DNA of 64,000 nt from a virus (IMGVR_UViG_3300021387_000189:30698-94697); one strand, 5' to 3'; counted from the stretch's first letter, positions 28,072 through 37,800 are shown. Notes: a model not told the origin generated them from the letters alone. A program made the numbers and translations.

Positions 28072-30372
28072 ATGAGAGTAGTAAAAGACAGAGACATCCA
28101 AAAGCTTGGATTGAGCAATAAGGTAAAGAGACAATACAAAGATCGAGAGATTATAAAAAACAATGTCCTCTTTAGTTTCTTTAACATATATGATTGCTAC
28201 AAGTATATCAAAGACAATATACCTGGATTTGCAGACTTGTTCTATTCTGAGAAATACGACTTTAACATATCAAGATCTATTAAGATTATACAGATAGTGT
28301 GTAGAGCAAACGCAAACATAAGCGTAGGAATAGTTCAAGACCCATGTGAAGAAAATGATAGACTCTACATATGCTCCGGCAACAATGAGAGACAGATGTT
28401 CAATTACATGTCTAAGCATTGTCCAGAGTCAGTCATAGAAATAGAAAATACAGGTATGATGTCTGCTGCTAAATACTACTATGGAAATACTGACGATGAT
28501 TGTCATAGCATGTCAAGTACTCTGCTAGATGTGACCATAAGCTATCTCAAGAAAGTTTCTTCTAGAAAATATCCAGAGTATCTACGGGTACCAGAGTCTA
28601 GGTTTAGTGGAGTACTAGAGTCGGCTAAGAAAGAGACAAAGCTGATTAAAGAGACTTGCAACCAGAAAGTGAATGCGCTAGAGTGGTTGAACGCCTTGAA
28701 GGAAAGCTCTGCTCTTGGCCTGTCAAAGAATATTAAGAAGAAGTTTGACAAAGTTGATGCAGTAGATAATGTGTTTGAGATCCAATTTGAAGATCCAGAA
28801 GTAGAACGCATATGTCATGATCATGATGTGTATACAATAGGAGATGCTATAAAAGTGTCTAGTATAAAAGAATGGTTCTCTAATAATGATAAGATAAAGT
28901 CATTCAATGAGCTGAAATACTTTAAAAGTCTCAGTGTCATAGAAGATTATGCTTTTTCTTTTTGTAGCTCTCTTCAGACAGTCACTATCCCTAATAGTGT
29001 TGTCAGCATAGGATACAGAGCTTTTGAACAATGCAAGTCTCTTCAATCAGTTATTATCCCTAATAGTGTCACTAGCATAGGACCTGCATCTTTTTTTGTG
29101 TGTGGGTCTCTTCAATCTGTCATTATACCAAATAGTGTCACTAGCATAAAAGAAGGTACTTTTTGGGGTTGTGGTACTCTTCAGTCAGTCACTATCCCAA
29201 ATAGTGTCACTAGCATAGAAAGAAGTGTTTTTAGCCTATGTAAGGCTCTTCAGACGGTTGTTATCCCGAATAGGGTCACTGGCATAGAAAAATATACTTT
29301 TTATAAGTGTGAGTCTCTTCAATCAGTCACTATCCCAAATATGGTCACTATCATTGGAGATAATGCATTTCTTGAATGCAAGTCACTTAAGACTATAGTC
29401 ATACCGGACAGTGTCATTAGCATAGGAGATAATGCATTTTCAAATTGTGATGATCTTAAAAAAGTGTACATGTCGTCAAGTTGCAAAGCATTTGACAGAA
29501 TTATGTCTGAAATTAGAAAAAACTCTAAAGATACCATCATCATTGATCCTAACACCCAAAAACTCTTGAAAAAAGCCGAATTAGTTGAGAGTGTTGTTAG
29601 AGAGAACAAAGAGCCAAATATCACTAACTCTCAAGGGCAGGATGTCCCTGAGCTTGGCAAGCACGCAGAGAATGTCTACTTGCCTGATTGCCCATTCATG
29701 ATAGGCAAAGATCAAGTAGATTGGTTTGAGTATTTCCAAAGAGAGAAAGAGAAGCACACAATCAAAGATGTTGATGACTTTGTGCAGTCAGCTAAGAAAG
29801 AGACAAAGCTGATTGAAGAGTCTTGCAACCAGAAAGTGAATGCACTAGAGTGGTTTGTTGCTTTGAAGGAAAGCTCTGCTCTTGGACTATCAAAGAAAGT
29901 CAATAAGACTTATAATCTAACACATGACAAGAATATAACTCTCAAGCAGCTCTGTGACTTGGTCAGAGCAAAAATCTATACAGCAGTTGGGTATCCTCCA
30001 GACAAAAACGTGAAAGAAGTCCCTGCCATGCTCAGGCTGTACGATTATGGCTCCAGCTTGATTGTAGCTGACATGAGAGTAGACAAAGAATACGAATTCA
30101 ATTGTGCTAAAGAGAGATTCAATGAGAGGATAGAGATTGAACAGAGAAGGCTTGATGGATATATGGCTGACCTAGCCAAGAAAACAAAAAGGAAGGAAGC
30201 CACAGACTTACTGTTGGAGTGTATATCAAACACTAAGGCTTACATAGCTGGGCTGATTGCAGGAAGAGATATAATAGAGTCGCTTGGTTGGTATGTTTTC
30301 ATGAATGCTATGCAGAATACAGAAGCTGAGATAGCTAGAGCTAAAGAATCTAAGAAAGGACAAAGCTTATGA
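28072..30372 (+). CDS. Modular protein: tag-domain / tag-BspA-type LRR / tag-helical domain
   Basis: About eight 23-aa LQSV.IPNSVTSIG..AF..C repeats; LGL tags at 28102, 28666 and 29833. Confidence 0.9.
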   Translation: MRVVKDRDIQKLGLSNKVKRQYKDREIIKNNVLFSFFNIYDCYKYIKDNIPGFADLFYSEKYDFNISRSIKIIQIVCRANANISVGIVQDPCEENDRLYICSGNNERQMFNYMSKHCPESVIEIENTGMMSAAKYYYGNTDDDCHSMSSTLLDVTISYLKKVSSRKYPEYLRVPESRFSGVLESAKKETKLIKETCNQKVNALEWLNALKESSALGLSKNIKKKFDKVDAVDNVFEIQFEDPEVERICHDHDVYTIGDAIKVSSIKEWFSNNDKIKSFNELKYFKSLSVIEDYAFSFCSSLQTVTIPNSVVSIGYRAFEQCKSLQSVIIPNSVTSIGPASFFVCGSLQSVIIPNSVTSIKEGTFWGCGTLQSVTIPNSVTSIERSVFSLCKALQTVVIPNRVTGIEKYTFYKCESLQSVTIPNMVTIIGDNAFLECKSLKTIVIPDSVISIGDNAFSNCDDLKKVYMSSSCKAFDRIMSEIRKNSKDTIIIDPNTQKLLKKAELVESVVRENKEPNITNSQGQDVPELGKHAENVYLPDCPFMIGKDQVDWFEYFQREKEKHTIKDVDDFVQSAKKETKLIEESCNQKVNALEWFVALKESSALGLSKKVNKTYNLTHDKNITLKQLCDLVRAKIYTAVGYPPDKNVKEVPAMLRLYDYGSSLIVADMRVDKEYEFNCAKERFNERIEIEQRRLDGYMADLAKKTKRKEATDLLLECISNTKAYIAGLIAGRDIIESLGWYVFMNAMQNTEAEIARAKESKKGQSL
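28620..29897 (+). repeat. ~110-bp direct repeat (28620-28730 and 29787-29897) encoding the tag and flanking the LRR module
   Basis: GCTAAGAAAGAGACAAAGCTGATT...TTGAAGGAAAGCTCTGCTCTTGG is near-identical in both copies. Confidence 0.9.
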
Positions 30373-31184
30373 AAGAGTCATGTGTAATCAAGAGAGTGAA
30401 TGCTTTAGAGTGGTACATGGCCTTGCAAGAGAACTCAAGTCTTGGTCTTGGTGATAAAGTCAAGAGGAAGTTTGACAAAGTTGATGCAATAGACAATCTG
30501 ACGCAGATCCAATTTGAAGATCCAGAAGTAGAGCGTATATGCCATAAACATGGTGTATATACAATAGGAGATGCTATAAAAGTGTCTAGTATAAAAGAAT
30601 GGTTCAATAAAAATAGGAAGATTCAGGCGTTCAACGAATTCAAATACTTTACAGGATTGAAAGACATAAAAAAATCTACTTTTGAAGGATGCACTAATCT
30701 TCAATCAGTCATTATCCCAAATGGTGTCACTAGCTTAAGAAATTTTGCTTTTATGTATTGTGCTTCTCTCAAATCAATCTCTATTCCAAATAGTGTCACT
30801 AGCATAGAAAACTGGACTTTTAGTCATTGTGAGTCTCTTCAATCAATCCGTATCCCAGATAGTGTTAATAAGATAGGAGGTCGTGCTTTTAGTAGTTGTT
30901 TTAATCTTCAATCAATCACTATTCCAAGTGGTGTCAGCACCATGGTCTCATCTATTTTTATGAATTGCACTTCTCTTCAATCAGTAGTTATCCCAGATAG
31001 TGTCGCCATCATAGGAGATAATATATTTTCAAATTGTAAATTACTCAAGGACATATACATCTCTAAGAACTGTCCTGTATATAATCAAATAAGAAAACAA
31101 TATCCAGATATTCAGCTTATAGAACCTAAAGTGAATGAGTCATCTAGCTTAGGTCTCAGCAGCAAAGTCAAGAAAAAACTATGA
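30369..31184 (+). CDS. BspA-type LRR protein with N- and C-terminal LGL tags
   Basis: IQFEDPEVERICH cap and about six 23-aa LRRs; ends VNESSSLGLSSKVKKKL. Confidence 0.9.
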   Translation: MKESCVIKRVNALEWYMALQENSSLGLGDKVKRKFDKVDAIDNLTQIQFEDPEVERICHKHGVYTIGDAIKVSSIKEWFNKNRKIQAFNEFKYFTGLKDIKKSTFEGCTNLQSVIIPNGVTSLRNFAFMYCASLKSISIPNSVTSIENWTFSHCESLQSIRIPDSVNKIGGRAFSSCFNLQSITIPSGVSTMVSSIFMNCTSLQSVVIPDSVAIIGDNIFSNCKLLKDIYISKNCPVYNQIRKQYPDIQLIEPKVNESSSLGLSSKVKKKL

Positions 31185-31626
31185 GGACACTCATGGACAA
31201 GGCATAGATATAAAGCAGCTAGCAGATTTCATCAGGCAAAAAGTGTATGTTGCTGCAGGATATTCACCGGATGAAGACCCAGAAAAAGTAGACTATGACC
31301 TCCGAGTGTATGCAACAGGCAACAGCTTGGTGACAGATGGCATAAGAATCTGTGATGAAGAGAGCTTCTATTATGCTATTGACTTTATCAACTCTGACAT
31401 AGAAAGAGAAAAAAGCAACATAAGCATCTTCAAGAACATCTACCTCCCTTTATATAAAGAGCGTGGAGAGAAGACAGTCGAAGCTTCAGCACTAGAAGCT
31501 ATAGAAAAATCTAGTCGCCAAGTATCAGGGTTAACTGCTGCAAAGAATGAGCTAGAGACCATAGGATGGTTTGGGCTCTTGAAAGCAATGACAAACTCAA
31601 GAGAGCCTTTAATCCTTTGTACCTGA
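31177..31626 (+). CDS. Out-of-frame (+1) continuation of 30369..31184; homolog of the last module of 28072..30372
   Basis: The +1 frame reads NYEDTHGQGIDIKQLADFIRQKVYVAAGY, aligning with TYNLTHDKNITLKQLCDLVRAKIYTAVGY. Confidence 0.75.
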   Translation, partial: NYEDTHGQGIDIKQLADFIRQKVYVAAGYSPDEDPEKVDYDLRVYATGNSLVTDGIRICDEESFYYAIDFINSDIEREKSNISIFKNIYLPLYKERGEKTVEASALEAIEKSSRQVSGLTAAKNELETIGWFGLLKAMTNSREPLILCT

Positions 31627-32988
31627 CAAAGTCTTCATCTTGTCTCTATATTCTATTCCAATATTGTCAAAGTAGCGTCTCAGGGACAATCCTACAATCT
31701 CTAGCGGCGTGCAGACACCACTTAGCTCTAGCAATGATGCGTCAACACTGAGCATCCTCATGAATGTAGTCTTGCTTACAAGGACACACTTGTGAGGAGT
31801 CATTGTCTTGAGTTCTCCAATTGTCTGCTCTCCCCATGAGTCTGCAAATGACTTTGAGTCATCATCTTCAAGCTGTACAATACCTTTAGTAGAGTCTATG
31901 TACAAGACTGCGTCTGTAATGTCTTGGAAGCCAGACAAGAAGAACCAGTCTTTGTCAGTGTTCGCTGCTACTAAGTGCACTATGTCTATCCATGACCTCT
32001 CTGAAGCATTGACTAGCATCACTTGCTTGCCAGTGTCAGGAACTTTCTTAGCTCTCTCATGTATGTCTACTTTAGGGAACACATACTGCTTCTCCATGTT
32101 GCAAAGATCCACTTTGTTGTCTGGAGTGTTGAACAACAGTATTGCTTCACCTTCTTTCTCTCCATTGCAGAATCTCTCAAATCTGTCAGCAGCTCGGTCT
32201 ACAAGCTCAAACCACTCATGGAAGTACACTCTTGAGCTCCAGTCTCTCATCTTCTTCCTGATGTTGTTCCTTATCCAAGAGAAGTGATGCATCTTGAGCA
32301 CATTCCATTGAAACTCATAGTAGTCAGCTAAGTAGTGATCTACTACAGGCTTAGTCTTGGTGCTTGGGTCTTTGTACACTACATTGCCTTCTGCATCTCT
32401 CTTGAACACTTTAGGCCTCTCATATCTCCTAGTAGGATCTGATGCTTTAGGGAAGTCTCTTGACTGCCACTTGAATCTGTACTGTATCTTTGCTATGAAT
32501 GGGACATAGTTGCCATCATGGAATGGATAGACCAAGTAAGTCTTGTAGTCATCTGTCCTGCCAGAGCCAAAGTAGTTGAGGTACCTGCAGTATGACACTT
32601 CTACATTGTTGTCATATATGTAGTCTCTTGCTCTCTGGAATGCATTGTGAGTGTAGAACTCATCAGAGTCTATGACTAGCTGGTGTGTGCATCCATTCTC
32701 TTGCAAGAAGTCAACAAGCTTGTTCCTCTTCTCACACTCTTGTACTCTAGTGAACTTAGTCTTGTCAGTCTCTATCCATATCATAGAGTCTACTAAGCCC
32801 TCTGACATAAGAGCCTTCACTTCTTCAACATCACTCTTGTCTATAGGATCTCCTAAGTAAGACTTCTCTTGAAGTCCTACTACAACAAAGTCAACTAAGT
32901 CTCTCACTTCTGATATGATGTTGTACAAGTGCTCAGTTCCTTCAAATGCATTTATTGCTAGTCCAAGCTTTTGCTTCTTCTCTTCCAT
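31609..32988 (-). CDS. Glycosyltransferase (GT-A/GT2-like)
   Basis: N-terminal beta strand plus VDFVVV, KRN..., LVIDSDEFY (DxD) and MHHFSWIR. Confidence 0.7.
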   Translation of the reverse strand: MEEKKQKLGLAINAFEGTEHLYNIISEVRDLVDFVVVGLQEKSYLGDPIDKSDVEEVKALMSEGLVDSMIWIETDKTKFTRVQECEKRNKLVDFLQENGCTHQLVIDSDEFYTHNAFQRARDYIYDNNVEVSYCRYLNYFGSGRTDDYKTYLVYPFHDGNYVPFIAKIQYRFKWQSRDFPKASDPTRRYERPKVFKRDAEGNVVYKDPSTKTKPVVDHYLADYYEFQWNVLKMHHFSWIRNNIRKKMRDWSSRVYFHEWFELVDRAADRFERFCNGEKEGEAILLFNTPDNKVDLCNMEKQYVFPKVDIHERAKKVPDTGKQVMLVNASERSWIDIVHLVAANTDKDWFFLSGFQDITDAVLYIDSTKGIVQLEDDDSKSFADSWGEQTIGELKTMTPHKCVLVSKTTFMRMLSVDASLLELSGVCTPLEIVGLSLRRYFDNIGIEYRDKMKTLSGTKD

Positions 32989-33047
32989 TCTGCTCTATAT
33001 ATCATATGAAAGCAGAGCCTTTGGAATTTTAAATCCTGATAAGGAAT

Positions 33048-33108
33048 GTTAAAGAAATATAATTATCATTGAAGTATTTCACTAGTTATGATATTATGTG
33101 TATATTTG
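33048..33108 (+). promoter_or_regulatory. Host-type promoter
   Basis: GTTAA at 33048 (degenerate GATAA at 33038); TATATTTG at 33101-33108. Confidence 0.65.
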
Positions 33109-33121
33109 CAGCATCAAACAA

Positions 33122-34144
33122 ATGAATATGAATATGGGAAATAGCAAGACTATAGTAGAAGTACACATAGGAGTAGGACTTCCTGGCAGTGGGAAGACTA
33201 CTTGGATGAAAGAGAAGTCAGAAGAAGTGAAGTATGGTCCTGATGATTGGAAGGATCTCAAGAGTGGAGACTCTTGTTCTTATACTCCAATGATACATGA
33301 CTCCTGGTATATAGATGTTGACAAAACTGTCAGTGACAGATTTCATAAAGCTTCTGTCATGTCCTTAGATGGCAAGATAGATGTGAAGCAGCTGCTTTCA
33401 TATTGTACTTGCATCTGGTCATCGAGACAAAATCCTCCAACATATGTGTGGATTGATGGTCTTGCTCTCAACAAAGAAGATGTAATGATCTATGTACGAG
33501 GACTCTCTGACATGGTAGACCCTCGGAAGCGGATGTACATAGGTGGACCTGAAAACTTTGAGTGGCATGTAGTCATAGACCAATGGAATCTTGATAGAGA
33601 GCAGTGCTTGGTCAATGACAAGTATCGTGTCATGAAAGCTCAGAGAGAGATTGACTGTGAAGCTACAATCAAGAATGCTAAGTACACACTCTTAGAAGAA
33701 GACGACCTTCTCAAGACTATACTTGATGAAGGACTTCATATACACGACCTCAAAGTTGTCTATCACGAGGTCCCTAAAGTGCCAGAGTGGCAGATAGCAT
33801 TGAATCGAAAGGGGTCTCCAGATGATGCCAGAATCCTCAAGTCTGAAGAATGGAGCCTTGGTGGAACATGGGGCAACTATCTTGGATCTACAGGCACTGT
33901 TGGAGCAGATAATCCAATAGAGAACACAGTTCTCGACGAGCTCTTACAGAAGTTAGTTCCAGACATCTCTTACTTGACATACAAGAAATTAGTGAAAGAG
34001 TGCGTGACTCTCAAGCAGAAATGTGAGTCTGACTACTATGGTGGGAGTGTTGACTATGCATGGTGGGAGACTGACTTGGAGAAGTTGTACAATTTCCTCA
34101 AGAGAAACAATGTCAAGATAAAGAAGTCACAAGATTTAGCATAA
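33122..34144 (+). CDS. P-loop kinase-like protein (AAA_33/PNK-like N-terminus)
   Basis: Walker A GLPGSGKT; VWIDG. Confidence 0.65.
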   Translation: MNMNMGNSKTIVEVHIGVGLPGSGKTTWMKEKSEEVKYGPDDWKDLKSGDSCSYTPMIHDSWYIDVDKTVSDRFHKASVMSLDGKIDVKQLLSYCTCIWSSRQNPPTYVWIDGLALNKEDVMIYVRGLSDMVDPRKRMYIGGPENFEWHVVIDQWNLDREQCLVNDKYRVMKAQREIDCEATIKNAKYTLLEEDDLLKTILDEGLHIHDLKVVYHEVPKVPEWQIALNRKGSPDDARILKSEEWSLGGTWGNYLGSTGTVGADNPIENTVLDELLQKLVPDISYLTYKKLVKECVTLKQKCESDYYGGSVDYAWWETDLEKLYNFLKRNNVKIKKSQDLA

Positions 34145-34180
34145 ATAGACCCAAGCAACAAGACAAGACAAATTAAACAA

Positions 34181-34507
34181 ATGAACAAGATACTAGAATT
34201 ATTGAAGACTAAGGGTGTTCTTGTAGTAGCATTCTTAGTTTGCTTGAACCTTTTCACCTGCACAAGGTCTTGTACCTCTAGCAGAGTTGCAAAGAGAGCT
34301 CAGAAAGAGCTAGTAGTGAAACAGCAAGCATCTGACAGCATCATAGCCCTCAGAGATGACTCTATCAAAGTGCTCAACAAGAAGATTGAGGTTCTTGAAG
34401 CTGAAGCTAAAGGACTTGAGAAAACTCTTCAAGTACAAGGAGATGCTATCTCAAAGATTTCAGAAGCTAAGAAGAACATCAATGTAGTGGTCAAGCAGAA
34501 GAAATAG
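34181..34507 (+). CDS. Late membrane-anchored or lipoprotein coiled-coil protein
   Basis: Hydrophobic N-terminus with Cys residues, coiled coil; ATAAATA at 34141-34147. Confidence 0.6.
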   Translation: MNKILELLKTKGVLVVAFLVCLNLFTCTRSCTSSRVAKRAQKELVVKQQASDSIIALRDDSIKVLNKKIEVLEAEAKGLEKTLQVQGDAISKISEAKKNINVVVKQKK

Positions 34508-35155
34508 ATGTTTGGACACTCTTTTGGATTCAACTCGTACTATTCTATTCAACATAGACGAAGACTATATAGAGCTAGCAAGTCTAGCAAAACTAATGAA
34601 GACTCTAATGAAGGACAACAAGAAACTGAAGAAGACGACATGATACAAAAAGATGCCGAGTACGCAATCATCTCTAAGATGATAGAAGAGCCTTGCTTCA
34701 TCACGCTTCACAAATTTGTGAATAGGATGGCAAGTGGCCTGACTGACCATGGAAAGTTGCTCTTAGCATATGAGGTCAAAGGAGCAGAAGAAAGAGACCG
34801 TATGCAAGACAATAAAGTACATATAGTCAATTCTTGGTGGGGCGAAGTCCAAGAAAAGGATGATAATATGAAATATCCTGAGCTTCTGGTAGATGTCTCA
34901 AAGATAGTCTCTGCTGTAGAGACATATCAAGAAAGCGTAGAAAGAAACTGCTCCTATGTCTGTAAGTGTACATGTCTGTATACTAAAGACCTCAACATTT
35001 CTGCATGGAACATAATTGAGCCAGTTGAAGAAGTCTATAGACTCATTGAAGAAGCAAGATCAAAGAAATTTGAGAAAATCATGAAGATTGCTAAAAAACT
35101 AAAAGAACTACAAGACAATTCTACACAACAAGAACAAGAAACTGAAGACCTGTAA
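34508..35155 (+). CDS. Hypothetical protein
   Basis: 215-aa ORF. Confidence 0.7.
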   Translation: MFGHSFGFNSYYSIQHRRRLYRASKSSKTNEDSNEGQQETEEDDMIQKDAEYAIISKMIEEPCFITLHKFVNRMASGLTDHGKLLLAYEVKGAEERDRMQDNKVHIVNSWWGEVQEKDDNMKYPELLVDVSKIVSAVETYQESVERNCSYVCKCTCLYTKDLNISAWNIIEPVEEVYRLIEEARSKKFEKIMKIAKKLKELQDNSTQQEQETEDL

Positions 35156-35184
35156 TTTAATAAACAAACTAAATAAAGATATAG

Positions 35185-36429
35185 ATGAACAACAATCCAC
35201 TATTGTACAAAGGCTTGATCTGGTGCTTTGGAGCTCTCTATGCTCTAGTAGCATTCATCTCGTTCTGGCATTGCATTGCATTCTGCTTAGTAGGCAATCC
35301 AATCTGGATCAGTGTGATGATGAGCTTTGCATTTGAAGTAGGCCTTGCAGCAACCCTGTTCTCTGTACTCACCACTGACAACAAGAACAACTATGTGGCT
35401 TGGGTACTCATGACATTCCTGACAGGTGTCCAGGTCATAGGTAATGTCTATTCAGTGTACAAGTACATGGTAGAGTCAGGGACTAAATTCTACACTTACA
35501 TCCAAGACAGCATGCTGCATTGGTTTGTCGAAGATGTGCCAACAAATGAAATCATGAGCATTATTGCAATTATCCTTGGAGCTTTGCTTCCTATAGTAGC
35601 GCTCCTCATGACTGCTATGGTATCTAACAACTTGAAGATATGGCTCAACAAGAGAAGCAATGAAGCACCAGCTCCAATTGTCATTCCAGACAATGAGTAC
35701 TCTAACAAGAGTGAGATGCCTGAAGCTGGCGAAGATGAGAACGGATTCACTCCACCAGAAGAGGACAAGTCTGACACGTCACAAGAGGAATCTAAAGATA
35801 TCAAGCTAGACAACAAGACTCTGCAGGAAAGAAAAGAGTTCTATGACTACATAGATGAGCTCAGAGAGAATGAGAACAACACTGTAGAGAGTCAACAAGA
35901 GCCGGCTAATGAAGAAGAAAATCTGAAAGATGAGAATTCAGATGTCAAGTCAGAAGGAGAAAAAGTGTTGAATGGAGAAGAATATCCTCTGTTTGATGAC
36001 CCATCTGCAGGATTCCAAGATGACTACAACCTTGACTTTGCTGAAGAAGACAGAAGCTCTGACAAGCCTATCCAGGACGCCGTTGTAGACAATCCTGTGG
36101 CGGATGTCTCTATTCTAGACATAGACAATGCTCCTGCTAGAGAAAGCGCTACAGAGACGCTCAATCCAATTCCAAAGCATGCAGAGCCTGATTGGAACAA
36201 AGTAGAGAAGCACCCACTGAAAGGAATAGTTGATGATGGTGAGGCAGTAGAGATTAGGAACACTACAGATCCTAGATTTGTAGGAAACAGTGGCAAGCAC
36301 TCAGTTCAAGACCACCCTCAAGACTCAAGCATCATTGATCCTTCTCCTCTTACTGACACAATCAAGAAGAATGTAGAGGTCATCCAGCAAAAAGCAGGAC
36401 CATTCAGCTTGTTCAAGCCAGGAAACTGA
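35185..36429 (+). CDS. Four-TM membrane protein with a long acidic disordered tail
   Basis: Four hydrophobic helices in the first ~150 aa; D/E-rich remainder. Confidence 0.75.
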   Translation: MNNNPLLYKGLIWCFGALYALVAFISFWHCIAFCLVGNPIWISVMMSFAFEVGLAATLFSVLTTDNKNNYVAWVLMTFLTGVQVIGNVYSVYKYMVESGTKFYTYIQDSMLHWFVEDVPTNEIMSIIAIILGALLPIVALLMTAMVSNNLKIWLNKRSNEAPAPIVIPDNEYSNKSEMPEAGEDENGFTPPEEDKSDTSQEESKDIKLDNKTLQERKEFYDYIDELRENENNTVESQQEPANEEENLKDENSDVKSEGEKVLNGEEYPLFDDPSAGFQDDYNLDFAEEDRSSDKPIQDAVVDNPVADVSILDIDNAPARESATETLNPIPKHAEPDWNKVEKHPLKGIVDDGEAVEIRNTTDPRFVGNSGKHSVQDHPQDSSIIDPSPLTDTIKKNVEVIQQKAGPFSLFKPGN

Positions 36430-36460
36430 TTTCTTGAATCTCTAATATCTATAAACAAAT

Positions 36461-36488
36461 GAAGCTCTAACATTCAAGTTAGAGCTTC
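36461..36488. terminator. Bidirectional terminator hairpin
   Basis: GAAGCTCTAAC-attcaa-GTTAGAGCTTC between convergent genes. Confidence 0.7.
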
Positions 36489-36522
36489 GAAGTTTTAACA
36501 ATCAAGTTAAATCTTCATTTGT

Positions 36523-37800
36523 CTATTCAGTGGTGTCTTCATCAGAGAGTCCTAAGTCCTTCTCTAGCTCATCAATGTCTTCAAGAGAGCTTTGATCAGG
36601 AAGCTTGAACAATGGACCAATTATGTTGTCATTGATGTAGTGCAAGAACTCATCAGTGAAGCATACTGGAGAGTAGAACTCTTGAAGAGTGACTTGTCTT
36701 CCAAGATGCTTGCATACAATTCCTACACCTTTCACCATTGTCTTCTTAGGCCATGCATACCTGTTCTCTCCATTGAAGTCAAACTTGATGCACTCTAGTT
36801 GCTCATTAGGCTTCAGCTTCTGGAACTCTTCTTCTGTCAAGCACTTTCCTTGCATTATCCCAGCATTATCCCAGTTGAGGTACTCTTCAAGTCCTACATA
36901 TGGATTTGGCTTCTTGAATGCAGGAATCTGGAACTTGCACTTCATGATTCTGCAGAATCTTGACTTGTCTGGCCATGCTGTCACAACAACACCATTCTTC
37001 TTGATGTTTGCTGCTCCAATGTTCTTCTCTGCATTCTTGTTGTTCTCTTTGTCATCAAGCTTTGCAACAGAAGCAAGATTCAAAGTGATAGAGCCACTAA
37101 AGCGCACTCCACTTCCACCTACTTGCGCTGTGGTAGAAATAAAACTCCCGATCGATGCAATGAGGTGGTTTGTGCATATCCAGGGTATCTGAAGCTTTGC
37201 AATTGGAATAGTGTTGACTCTGAACATTGCTCGTATGTCTTTAGCTTTTGTGAAGTCTGCTACTGACTTTCCTTCTAGAGCATCATCCCTCTCTTTCTCA
37301 GACGTCAATTGTCCTATAGAGTCAAGCACAAGTACAATCTTAGGTCTCTCCCCACCATTGTCTACTTGTTCCTGTATCTCTTTGCACATGTTTGCAATGA
37401 AAGTGGTAGTCTCTTTGATTGTATTCACCTGCTTGATGATGAAATTGTCAGGATCACATCCAAGTCTTGTCACAAAGTCTTTGTCTATTGAATTCTCAGA
37501 GTCAAGATACACAGGAGTATATCCCTTCTTCTGTGCTTCTCTACAGAAAGACACTGCTAAAAAACTCTTCCCAGTTTGGGATTCTCCAGTAAGCATCAAT
37601 ATTCTGCCAGATGGAGCTCCTTTGAACAAGTCTCCAGACAAGCAAGCATTGAGAATATAGTTACCTGATGGAATCCAGTCCTCAATTTTGCTGTATACAC
37701 TCTTTGACAGGATCTCTACACTGTCATCTACTTTCTGCAAAGTCTTGAATATGTCTATCTTCTTTCCTTCTCCTGATGTCTCTGTTGGTTTCTTTGCCAT
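36523..37800 (-). CDS. uvsX: RecA-like recombinase
   Basis: SGNYILNACLSG, GESQTGKS, YLDSENS, VLDSIG, CTNH, GGSG. Confidence 0.9.
   Translation of the reverse strand: MAKKPTETSGEGKKIDIFKTLQKVDDSVEILSKSVYSKIEDWIPSGNYILNACLSGDLFKGAPSGRILMLTGESQTGKSFLAVSFCREAQKKGYTPVYLDSENSIDKDFVTRLGCDPDNFIIKQVNTIKETTTFIANMCKEIQEQVDNGGERPKIVLVLDSIGQLTSEKERDDALEGKSVADFTKAKDIRAMFRVNTIPIAKLQIPWICTNHLIASIGSFISTTAQVGGSGVRFSGSITLNLASVAKLDDKENNKNAEKNIGAANIKKNGVVVTAWPDKSRFCRIMKCKFQIPAFKKPNPYVGLEEYLNWDNAGIMQGKCLTEEEFQKLKPNEQLECIKFDFNGENRYAWPKKTMVKGVGIVCKHLGRQVTLQEFYSPVCFTDEFLHYINDNIIGPLFKLPDQSSLEDIDELEKDLGLSDEDTTE

Noticed and set aside
28620-31050. Diversity-generating retroelement acting on the LRR genes
   Set aside because: No reverse transcriptase in the window; both repeat copies are coding and their differences are not confined to adenines.
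36523-36570. LGLS at the UvsX C-terminus and KLGLA at the glycosyltransferase N-terminus as further tag copies
   Set aside because: They lack the basic xx[VI]x[KR]x[YF] continuation; likely chance matches.
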